Source: Nitrospirales bacterium (GTDB lineage Bacteria; Nitrospirota; Nitrospiria; Nitrospirales; UBA8639). From it: a stretch of 64,000 nucleotides of DNA. The stretch spans positions 2,048,001 to 2,112,000 of the forward strand of contig OY820905.2 in NCBI GenBank assembly GCA_963555755.3, written 5' to 3'. The notes under the pieces were generated by a model. The model had not been told where the DNA came from. It worked only from the letters and a program-made list of their open reading frames with translations, and did not search any database. The position numbers were made by a program, and so were the translations under genes. Positions 20,344 through 28,723 of the stretch are shown piece by piece (within the stretch, counting starts at the first letter, position 1; each line of letters starts with the position of its first letter).

Positions 20344-21366
20344 ATGAATCGTGCAACAGTACAGTGGGCTGATTTGTCGGATGAGCACATTTTGGATCTT
20401 CGTTTTGGTGACCTGGGGCTCAAAATTCCGGGTAGCCCTATCGCACCTTTTATTCGGCAACTTAGCCATGAGTTGAAGCAACGGGGGCTGGTGTTTCGTC
20501 CGCATTGCTGGTTGTCTGACGATTGGTTTTCTCCCGATGGTATTCCCGGGATCGCATTACCGTTTTATATGGCCCACCCGCGGTTGCAACGTCTGGAACT
20601 CAACCAAATGTTGGAAGTCGAAGGGGGAACGGCAGAATGGTGTATGCGAATCCTCCGACATGAAACTGGTCACGCTATTGAAAATGCCTATCGGCTTCGG
20701 AGACTCCGCCGTCGGCAAGAGCTGTTTGGGAAATCATCCAAGGCCTATCCCGATTGGTATACACCACAACCCTACAGTAAGCGATATGTCGTCCATTTGG
20801 ACATGTGGTATGCCCAAAGTCATCCGGACGAGGACTTCGCTGAAACCTTCGCCGTCTGGTTAGATCCTGATTCCAATTGGAAGCTACGCTATGCCGAGTG
20901 GCCCGCGTTTCGAAAACTTCAGTATGTTGATGAACTCATGCAGAGTCTGGAGGGGAAGCCTCCGCCGGTCATCAATACACAACGTGTCGATCCCATCGGG
21001 AGTCTGAAGAAGACCCTTCGCCAACATTATCATGAAAAGCGAGATCGTTATGGGCTCGATTACCCAGACTTTTATGAGCGGGATTTGCGCCGATTATTTT
21101 CCGACCATCCCGACTACAGCCAAAACCCACGAGCAGACCAGTATTTGTCGAAAATCCGAAAAGACGTGAGAAGGAAGGTCACCTATTGGACCGGCGAGTA
21201 CCAATACACCATTGATCAGCTCCTGAAGGAGATGATTGCCTATTGCCGCAAGCATAAGTTGAAATTGATGGGAACCGAGGAGCAAACCAAACTGGACTTC
21301 ATGGTTTTGTTAACGGTTCAAACCATGAACTATTTGCACAATGGCCATCATCGAGTCGCCTTATGA
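20344..21366 (+). CDS. Putative zinc-binding metallopeptidase
   Basis: HETGH (HExxH) and YAQSHPDEDFAETFA motifs. Confidence 0.85.
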   Translation: MNRATVQWADLSDEHILDLRFGDLGLKIPGSPIAPFIRQLSHELKQRGLVFRPHCWLSDDWFSPDGIPGIALPFYMAHPRLQRLELNQMLEVEGGTAEWCMRILRHETGHAIENAYRLRRLRRRQELFGKSSKAYPDWYTPQPYSKRYVVHLDMWYAQSHPDEDFAETFAVWLDPDSNWKLRYAEWPAFRKLQYVDELMQSLEGKPPPVINTQRVDPIGSLKKTLRQHYHEKRDRYGLDYPDFYERDLRRLFSDHPDYSQNPRADQYLSKIRKDVRRKVTYWTGEYQYTIDQLLKEMIAYCRKHKLKLMGTEEQTKLDFMVLLTVQTMNYLHNGHHRVAL

Positions 21367-22391
21367 GAAAACTCCGTATTCTGGCCCTCATGCATGTAGA
21401 CCTTGTCCCGCCGAAAGATGTGAAAGGTGTTGATCTTTCCACGGTGAGTTGGAAAACCGAGTTTGATGTGTTGGAGACCTTGAAAGGTCTGGGTCACCAA
21501 GTGTTTCCGGTGGGGGTGTGGAATGATTTGGGGGTGATTCGAGATGCCATCGAAACCTTGAAGCCGCATATTGCGTTTAATTTGCTGGAGGAGTTCGCGA
21601 GCCAGTCGACCTACGATCAGAACGTGGTGTCCTATTTGGAGCTACTCGGTTTGCCGTACACGGGCTGTAATCCGCGAGGGCTCATGTTGGCTCGGGATAA
21701 AGGATGGACGAAAAAGATTTTATCCTATCATCGAATTTCCGTGCCGGAGTTTTTGGTGGTGCCGATCCGGAGGACCGTGAAACGGCCAAAACGTTTGGCG
21801 TTTCCATTGATTGTCAAATCTATGACCGAAGAGGCGTCATTAGGGATATCGCAGGCATCCATTGTTGAAGATGATGAAAAGTTACGGGAACGGGTGGCGT
21901 TCATTCACCACAGTAATACCGTGGGGACCCCTGCCTTGGTGGAACGGTATATTGAAGGGCGTGAGCTCTATGTCGGGGTGTTGGGGAATACTCGTCTTCA
22001 GGTACTCCCGATTTGGGAGCTGGTGCTGGATGATATGCCAGAGGCTGCCAAGAAAATTGCCACAGCCAGAGTGAAATGGAGCGACAAGTACCAAAAAAAA
22101 TATCGCATTCGCTCACAAGAGGCCAAGGGGTTGTCCCCTGAACTCCAGCACAAAATTCAAAATGTGGCCAAACGGGTGTATCGTCACTTGGCGCTCTCAG
22201 GGTACGCCCGAATCGATTTGCGGCTTGCGGAAAACGATCAGAATAAGATCTATATCTTGGAGGCCAATCCGAATGCGCAATTGGCCTATGGGGAAGATTT
22301 AGCTGACTCCGCAGAGCGTGCGGGACTCTCCTACTCAGACCTTCTTCAACGAATCCTCAATCTTGGATTACGGTTCCAGGGTGATCTATAA
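21363..22391 (+). CDS. ATP-grasp ligase (D-Ala-D-Ala ligase-like fold)
   Basis: LPYTG, DK..TK, FPLIVK, LVERYIEGRE, YARIDLR, LEANPN; overlaps the peptidase stop codon. Confidence 0.88.
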   Translation: MRKLRILALMHVDLVPPKDVKGVDLSTVSWKTEFDVLETLKGLGHQVFPVGVWNDLGVIRDAIETLKPHIAFNLLEEFASQSTYDQNVVSYLELLGLPYTGCNPRGLMLARDKGWTKKILSYHRISVPEFLVVPIRRTVKRPKRLAFPLIVKSMTEEASLGISQASIVEDDEKLRERVAFIHHSNTVGTPALVERYIEGRELYVGVLGNTRLQVLPIWELVLDDMPEAAKKIATARVKWSDKYQKKYRIRSQEAKGLSPELQHKIQNVAKRVYRHLALSGYARIDLRLAENDQNKIYILEANPNAQLAYGEDLADSAERAGLSYSDLLQRILNLGLRFQGDL

Positions 22392-22520
22392 CTCAATCTT
22401 CCTTCCCGACGGTAAAAATTTTATTTGTGGCTGTGTGCGGTGAGTGCAAAAGCTGTCTGTGAGCAGTCTTGGATACTGTCCGTTCCACTTGGTGAAGGGG
22501 TGTATTTTGGTGAGTCATTC

Positions 22521-22583
22521 TCACACTTGTTCGATGGGGGCGGCGATCGTGACCTTAAAGATGGCTTTTTCTTTTTCGCTCAT
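22521..22583 (-). pseudogene. SRPBCC/AHA1-like gene fragment downstream of ArsR
   Basis: MSEKEKAIFKVTIAAPIEQV then TGA where W is expected; typical ArsR-SRPBCC pairing. Confidence 0.55.
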
Positions 22584-22914
22584 GCGGTGTGACCTTTCGT
22601 TCAAGGTCTTTCTTAAAGGTAGAGAGACTGCGAGCCCAGGCACTGTCATATTGAGTCGTCCAGCGATCGTAGATCGCTTGAATGGGCATGATGTTGAAAT
22701 ACAGCAAGCGGCTTCGTCCTGATTTTTCCGACACGAGCATGCCCGCAGTCTCCAGCAACCCAAGATGTTTCATGACAGCAATACGGCTCATGCTGAAATG
22801 TCCACACACGTCAGAGACACTTGATCCAGGTGTCGTCTTCACAATATCCAAGATTTCCCGTCTGACCGGGTGAGCCAATGCCTGAAACAGCGCATCAAGT
22901 TGTTGCTCTTTCAT
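22555..22914 (-). CDS. ArsR/SmtB family transcriptional regulator
   Basis: FQALAHPVRREIL...MSRIAVMKHL..LE.AG. Confidence 0.92.
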   Translation of the reverse strand: MKEQQLDALFQALAHPVRREILDIVKTTPGSSVSDVCGHFSMSRIAVMKHLGLLETAGMLVSEKSGRSRLLYFNIMPIQAIYDRWTTQYDSAWARSLSTFKKDLERKVTPHERKRKSHL

Positions 22915-22953
22915 ATGTAACTAAAAAGTTACATAAAAATTTAAAAAAGTCAA
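22914..22953 (-). promoter_or_regulatory. ArsR operator palindrome overlapping its promoter
   Basis: TATGTAACT-AAAA-AGTTACATA next to the ATG; TTGACT -35 upstream. Confidence 0.7.
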
Positions 22954-23213
22954 CGGGAAAAGACCATAAGTTAGTGAGAAAAAGGTTCCTGAAACCTTTT
23001 TTATTCAACTGTCCGAAAATGTTTAAAATACGTGTTCATGTCTAGTTTCCTTTATGTGTCACGCTGGGAGTATTCCCTTGGCGCGTAGATTTTGGTTCCA
23101 TTCCTTAACAGTTATCTCCGTGTGCTCGTCCTTGGACAAGCCGTCGACGGATCGGCAAACAGCGTGCCTGCATGTGCTCCGATCATCTGCCAGAGCACAA
23201 TCCAGGCCGCCGG

Positions 23214-23805
23214 TTATGCATTACTTACAAGTTGCAATGTCGCTACCGAAGCGGGTTGAAGCATCAACTCCGCCAATTTCTCCTGCACTGAAAACGCTGG
23301 AAAATGTCCAGACTTTAGATCATGAACGGTTTCGACTTTCCAGTTAGCAATCATCGTGTCCTGCAGTGCGGGCGAAGTAACTTTATCGATGCTGGTGCGA
23401 AGGTACGTCTTTGGCACGGACCCGAAGTTTTCGTCGCTTACCATTACCTTGGCCATAAATGGTTCAGTCGCCTGTTTTTCCGCCATCAGTGGCAACACAC
23501 GTTGGATGACTTTTTCATCAACGTCATGAAAACCAATGCTGCGCAGTGTTTGCTCTGAAACCGATGCGTAGGTTTGATCGTCTGAAAACACGATTTCCGG
23601 AAGGAACTCGTTAGCGGCGTCGCTTTGCATGGCTTCCAAAACAGTTCCACCGTCTTTCAACAAGAATGCGGCGACGTAGATCAGTCGTTCAATCTTCTCA
23701 GGTATCTGTTCAGCCACCTGAGAGATAACCGCACCGGTCATGCTGTGACCCACCAAAATCACCTGATGGTCAAGCGGCTTGATGACATCGACAACGGATT
23801 GTATA
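23214..23805 (-). pseudogene. 5'-truncated alpha/beta hydrolase (methylesterase-like)
   Basis: YIQSVVDVIK...ILVGHSMTG...LIYVAAFL...SGHFP; N-terminus lost at the IS630 junction. Confidence 0.8.
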
Positions 23806-24927
23806 TATTAATCCGGCAATACTAGACCGTGCATCCTATGCAGCATAAGCAATCTTGGGATGGTTGAAGTACTTTTTCACCCTATTCGGCAACTTCTGCA
23901 ATTTCGTCATGTGCGAGCGCACCTTTTTCTTGAGCCCCGCTGCATCGCGAGCCGGGGAGCGTGAATGCACTCCGGCCTTCAGATCGCCATTCAAATATTC
24001 GTCAGGATTCAACTCCGGGGAATAGGCGGGGAGAAAGAACAGTTCGAGGGCCTTCGTGTAATCCTTCAACCAGTCCTTGACCACTCGGGCATGATGGACC
24101 CGCAGATTGTCTAGAATCAGAAAGATCTTCCGATCCGCCTCCTTGAGCAATTGCTTGATGAATTTGATAAACATCTTCGCGTTCAGGGTCTCCTGGTACA
24201 GCATGAACCGCACCTTCCCCTGGTTGGTGATCGACGAAATCATGGTGATCGAAGCCCGCTTGGCCGATAACCGGATCACCGGCGTCTTGCCTTGGGGCGC
24301 GTACCCTCGTCCATGCTGGCAGTCACTCCGAACGCCCGTCTCATCCCCCCAATGAATCTCAGCCCCTTCTTGCTTGGCCCGTTTGGCAATTGCCGGGTAG
24401 GCTTCATCCAGCCACTTCCGGACTGCAGCCGGGCGTTGTTCATATGCCTGTTTCAACGGCTTTTGCGGCGTAAAGCCCCACCGCTTCAGATACTCCCCGA
24501 CCGTCCGAATCGGCATGGTGATGCCCAAGCGAATCTTCATGAGTTCTTGCACCGCCTGGCGGGTCCAGAGTGCAAAGACCAACTGCAACTGATCCGGGGT
24601 CTTCTCCACAATCACCCCTTGAATCTCTTGTTCCTGGGACGCGGTGAGCGTGCGCCAGTGGCCGGGCTCAAAGCCGCGCGGCTTGGAGTGCAAGCCTTTG
24701 AGCCCTTCCCGTTCATAGACCTGCCACCAGTTGGAGACGGTGTTCCGGTGGACCCCCACGATTTCGGCAATCTCCACATACCGGTGGCCCTTCTTCTTCA
24801 GGCGGATCGCTTGTCGGCGTAATTGTTCCTGTGTCTCGGGTGTGAACGTGCGTGCGTCGTCTTTTTTCATGGGGCAGTATACCAGCATTCAACGCTTAAT
24901 GCAATCTATAGTATTGCCAGGTTAATA
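23806..24927 (-). mobile_element. IS630-family insertion sequence
   Basis: TIR TATTAATCCGGCAATACTA / TAGTATTGCCAGGTTAATA, TA target. Confidence 0.92.
23836..24888 (-). CDS. IS630 transposase
   Basis: WGDETG, LILDNLRVH, LPAYSPELNPDE (DDE). Confidence 0.95.
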   Translation of the reverse strand: MLVYCPMKKDDARTFTPETQEQLRRQAIRLKKKGHRYVEIAEIVGVHRNTVSNWWQVYEREGLKGLHSKPRGFEPGHWRTLTASQEQEIQGVIVEKTPDQLQLVFALWTRQAVQELMKIRLGITMPIRTVGEYLKRWGFTPQKPLKQAYEQRPAAVRKWLDEAYPAIAKRAKQEGAEIHWGDETGVRSDCQHGRGYAPQGKTPVIRLSAKRASITMISSITNQGKVRFMLYQETLNAKMFIKFIKQLLKEADRKIFLILDNLRVHHARVVKDWLKDYTKALELFFLPAYSPELNPDEYLNGDLKAGVHSRSPARDAAGLKKKVRSHMTKLQKLPNRVKKYFNHPKIAYAA

Positions 24928-25014
24928 GTCTGCATATAAGTGGAATTAGGGCCGGGCATGAGTATTGAGTTTTAAGGAATCTCTTTTAAAGGTGATTTTA
25001 ATAAAGTTGAAGAG

Positions 25015-25452
25015 TTATCCAACCCAAATTGTATCCAGCCTGAGGTGAACCGCTGCCTCCCGTTGTTTTGAATCCCCTGTAATGATTGGTATCTGAATGC
25101 CTGAGGCTGCTTGAAAGGTCAGTATCGAGGCAAGATGAATGGCATCCAACGTTCGGAGTTCCGTTTTAAGAATCACCTCGTCTGCCTTCTTGAGAACTAA
25201 GGCACTCACTTCTACGAGCTCCCAGAAAGCGTGGTCGGCTTTGATCCTGCTTAGGATTTCTGCAAAATGTTTTGCAGTCAATTCTCCCAAGGTTCGTCGT
25301 CGAGACAATGCGGATATGGCCTCGGTTGGGGCAATGGCCGATGTCAGAATACGATGGGTTTTTAAAAGATGACGGGCATCGGTAGAACCCTCTTCCCGGA
25401 CATACCGTTTCACGAGCACACTCGTATCGAAATAGGCCCAAGAGGTCGACAC
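25015..25452 (-). CDS. vapC: VapC/PIN-domain toxin
   Basis: YFDTSVLVKRY..E, LRTLDAIHLAS, TGD. Confidence 0.9.
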   Translation of the reverse strand: MSTSWAYFDTSVLVKRYVREEGSTDARHLLKTHRILTSAIAPTEAISALSRRRTLGELTAKHFAEILSRIKADHAFWELVEVSALVLKKADEVILKTELRTLDAIHLASILTFQAASGIQIPIITGDSKQREAAVHLRLDTIWVG

Positions 25453-25730
25453 TAGGAGCGATCGCGCTCCTCTCGCAAAGTCCGAGACAAAGGGACCCCC
25501 TTTAGGGGACGAGGAGCCCAGGCGGGGAAAGGAGACTTCTTTTGAGCTGGCCGGAGTAACCCTGCTTCTTCAAGGCGTCTTACAGCCGCGTCACCATTTT
25601 GCCGTTCCTTGAGGGGTTTAATCGTGGCAATCGGCTTCCCACGCTCTGTCAACACGACTTCTTGCCCGGCTTTCACCGCCTTGATCGCTTTGGAAAAATT
25701 TTGATTGGCTTCCCTTAAGCCCATTTCCAT
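25452..25730 (-). CDS. Phd/YefM family antitoxin
   Basis: GLREANQNFSK...GQEVVLTERGKPIA; coupled to the PIN gene. Confidence 0.9.
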   Translation of the reverse strand: MEMGLREANQNFSKAIKAVKAGQEVVLTERGKPIATIKPLKERQNGDAAVRRLEEAGLLRPAQKKSPFPAWAPRPLKGVPLSRTLREERDRS

Positions 25731-25743
25731 GGTTTGCTCTCCG

Positions 25744-25790
25744 TAATGTAGTAATGTCACTACATTAACTGACTTGTTCTTTTCTGTCAA
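25744..25790 (-). promoter_or_regulatory. TA operon promoter with operator
   Basis: TTGACA-N17-TAATGT; perfect IR TAATGTAGT-N6-ACTACATTA over the -10. Confidence 0.75.
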
Positions 25791-25935
25791 TCTTTCTCTT
25801 CTTTTTCCTGCGCTATGAAATTGAAACCTGAGGCTACTTTTTCCATTCGCAAAGATATAGCTCGGTTTAGTTGGGCGGCGACTTGGTCGCCGCCCACGCT
25901 GAGTGTTTCAATGGAAGTCCATGGGAAGACGTCAC

Positions 25936-26051
25936 CTAGGACCTCTCTACGATGTCCTTCTGCAAGGAGCCGATTATTCCCAAGAGTTCTTTCTGTTCCT
26001 GTTTGGGGACCTTGAATTTTCTCAAGGTGGCTTTCAGGTGCCCCGCGACGA
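25936..26051 (-). pseudogene. C-terminal remnant of a group I truncated hemoglobin
   Basis: Manual translation LVAGHLKATLRKFKVPKQEQKELLGIIGSLQKDIVERS*, cut by IS6. Confidence 0.7.
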
Positions 26052-26844
26052 GGTATTGTCAACTTAACGATCGATGGGCAAATTGAACCAGCTAAGTCAA
26101 GCTGCTTATGCGCACACCGCTTCCTCCCAGACCTGAAAGGCCTGGGTGCGCAACAGTCGATAATGGACCGCCTGCATGAGGTGGCGGCCAAGACGAAAGA
26201 GGTTCTGGGTGAGTCCGTGTAACGTCAAAAACCGTTGAGCGTGAGTTGCTGAAGAAAACCCTCGCATATGATATTCTTGTTGCCGCGTGGGTTGGTGTGA
26301 CACTTCAACGCGGTTATTCGCGTAGACCGCATTGATATGCTCGACGGTCGGCATGGCGACCCGGTGTGCGGCGCCGTAGCTTTTGAGTGTGTTGGTAATC
26401 ATCCAGCGCGGCTCCCGGCCTTGGCCTTTCAGTAAGCGGCGGAAGAAGCGCACCGCCGCGTGTTTATTGCGTCGGCGTTGCACCAACATATCAATGGTAT
26501 CGCCGTCTTGATCCACGGCTCGCCAGAGATACTGCTGTTCGCCTTGGATGGACACAAACACTTCATCAAGATGCCACGTCTCACCGAGACGACCTTGTCG
26601 CTTCTTCAATTTCCGTGCATAGGCTGGCCCAAACTTTCGGCACCATTGACGAACGGTTTCATAGGTGACGGTGATGCCACGTTCGGCCAGCAATTCTTCG
26701 ACTGCACGGAAACTGAGGCAGAAACGATGGTACAACCAAACGGCATGGCTAATAATTTCAGAGGGAAAACGGTGACGTTGGTAGCTGGGTGGTTTATTGT
26801 TCATACAGCCCAGTCTGCCAAGTGCAACTTAAATTGACAATACC
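26052..26844 (-). mobile_element. IS6-family insertion sequence
   Basis: TIR GGTATTGTCAA...TTGACAATACC enclosing the transposase. Confidence 0.92.
26106..26804 (-). CDS. IS6 family transposase
   Basis: HRFPSEII, WHLDEVF, YLWRAVD, NNRVEVSH; second catalytic Asp appears as Asn (ITNTL). Confidence 0.92.
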   Translation of the reverse strand: MNNKPPSYQRHRFPSEIISHAVWLYHRFCLSFRAVEELLAERGITVTYETVRQWCRKFGPAYARKLKKRQGRLGETWHLDEVFVSIQGEQQYLWRAVDQDGDTIDMLVQRRRNKHAAVRFFRRLLKGQGREPRWMITNTLKSYGAAHRVAMPTVEHINAVYANNRVEVSHQPTRQQEYHMRGFSSATHAQRFLTLHGLTQNLFRLGRHLMQAVHYRLLRTQAFQVWEEAVCA

Positions 26845-26856
26845 GGAAAGGGAGCA

Positions 26857-26997
26857 CCCCTCACCCTACCCTCTCCCCACAGGGGCGAGGGGAAGATAGG
26901 GGTTTTTTCGTTCAAGATCTTTGTAATTTCCACTGTGGGTTTTGATTTGGTTGAACGCCTTTACCTCCCCTAGCCCCTCCTTACAAAGGAGGGGAAC
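26857..26997. repeat. REP-like purine/pyrimidine palindromes
   Basis: CCCCTCACCCTACCCTCTCCCCACAGGGGCGAGGGG and CCTCCCCTAGCCCCTCCTTACAAAGGAGGGG. Confidence 0.65.
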
Positions 26998-27027
26998 TTT
27001 TAGCCTCATTCTTTGAAAAGTATCGTT

Positions 27028-27912
27028 TCAATCACACGGTAGTTTTTCTTGGGAGGTGTCTTGGGTTTCTTTGATGACAAAGCCACCTTCGTCGATGACA
27101 TCCGTCGGCTCTTCTAAGATGACTTCGAGTAATAGTTTGGTTCCTTTGGGTGTTAACCCATGGGAGGGGGCAATGAAATGTTTACGCGCAATTCGTCGTT
27201 CGTCCGGATCGTCCGGCTCGTAATATCCCAGCAACTCTCCACTGGTATTCGCCGCGGTCAGGCGGGTGGCCCAATCTTCCAGTAGGGGTTCGGTCCAAGT
27301 ACCTATGCGCTGGGGTTCTCGATGCTGTTCTAATTTCGTCCAGATGTGCCAACCGATAAACACGGCCCAGGTTTCGTTGATGACTTCCCAGGCATCTTCT
27401 TTGGAAAGAAATCGCATCTCGGTGGCATCCCGTCGCTGCCGTACCGGATTGATTCGCACAAATCGATAATGACAACGAAGCTGCTCATTGGCGAAGGTGA
27501 GCACACGGTTGGCGTTGGCGCTCAACCCCTCGGGTCCAGGCCCATTGAAAATGTAATCGAGATACGCATGCAAGAGTTCATGGTACAGCAAGCTGACATC
27601 ATGGTGGGTCATGCGGTCTAACGACTTCAGCACCCCGCCGGCGCTATTAAACGACAACCGCATGTTTAAGATCATCCGGTGATCCTCGGGATGATATTCT
27701 GCGGCATAGGTGCGAAGGTCTTCGAATACGACTGTGACAAAATTCGGGTCGATCTCGTTGAGGAATTGGGTGGGCAAGCCTAAGCCTTCGGCTTGTTTGA
27801 CTAAATTCGGCCAGGCATTCGTACCTTCGGCACTCTGAGCAAACCGCGTCATTCCTAACACGACGCCCAATAACAGAATCGCCAAGACCCATTTTAACGT
27901 TCCCTGCATCAT
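27028..27912 (-). CDS. Secreted protein with HExxH motif
   Basis: Signal peptide; YHELLHAY, downstream NE. Confidence 0.7.
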   Translation of the reverse strand: MMQGTLKWVLAILLLGVVLGMTRFAQSAEGTNAWPNLVKQAEGLGLPTQFLNEIDPNFVTVVFEDLRTYAAEYHPEDHRMILNMRLSFNSAGGVLKSLDRMTHHDVSLLYHELLHAYLDYIFNGPGPEGLSANANRVLTFANEQLRCHYRFVRINPVRQRRDATEMRFLSKEDAWEVINETWAVFIGWHIWTKLEQHREPQRIGTWTEPLLEDWATRLTAANTSGELLGYYEPDDPDERRIARKHFIAPSHGLTPKGTKLLLEVILEEPTDVIDEGGFVIKETQDTSQEKLPCD

Positions 27913-27921
27913 GTCGTCTTA

Positions 27922-28723
27922 GGACCTGAGAGAAAATAACTTGATCAATCTCAAATCCAATCTTCGGGCCATCTTTGAACCTAGAAGCAGCAGTTGGATC
28001 ACCAAAGTCCGCGCAAGCTCTTGGCGCACATAGGAGCCTGGCCCAGATTAGACAGATCTACTGCGGGGGCGCTGGATGTGGCCAGATCTTCCGATCCTTT
28101 TCGGGGAATGTTGAAAAAGGCCCCCAGCTGCGTTCTCGGGCTTTTGGCGTGCTCACGTACTCCGTGTACGCTCCGCGCGCCAAAACCCCTGCGGCCTTGC
28201 TGGATGGCCTTTTTGAACATTTCCCGTTTTCGTTAAATAGTCACCACTATTCGCCTCAAACGATCGAAACATCTGGCTCAACCCAGCACCCCCTCGTCAC
28301 GATCGCTAATCTCGGCCAGGCTCCTCGCACAATACAAAAAGGTCTCATCACCACTAAGGGTTCGTGCAACAATAACTTTCCCTGTTTGGGTGCTGAGACA
28401 CCTGTCTGGCAAGGCGCGAGGACTGCGCATACTCCTCGTATGGAAAGGACGAGCAACGCCGCCAGACGGGATGGATCGACGCCCAAACAGGGAAAGTTAT
28501 TGTTGCGCGAGCCCTAAGGTGACCACGACTTTTTGTATTGCACCATGCACACCAATTTCTTACCCGTCTTTTTTGCGCCCACCTGCCGTTTCTAGGTTGA
28601 ACGGGCCTCAATCGAAACACCCTCAACATCGCTGTGCTATGCCTCGGGTTTTTCTCAATCGTTCCGTCCAAATCCAACCCAAATCTTGGCGCGAAATTGT
28701 TCAAGTTATTTTCTCTCAGATCC
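27922..28723. mobile_element. Nested MITE stack: A contains E (27980-28596), which contains C (28033-28324, holding D 28104-28225) and B (28358-28514)
   Basis: Each layer has its own TIRs; target duplications TTA (A), TTGAA (E), TAA (B). Confidence 0.85.

Noticed and set aside
21363..22391. Calling this gene ddl
   Set aside because: Lacks Ddl N-terminal and E.NT.PG motifs and has no cell-wall gene context
25787..26191. 134-aa ORF in the track
   Set aside because: Chimeric read-through from IS6; the meaningful frame is the globin remnant
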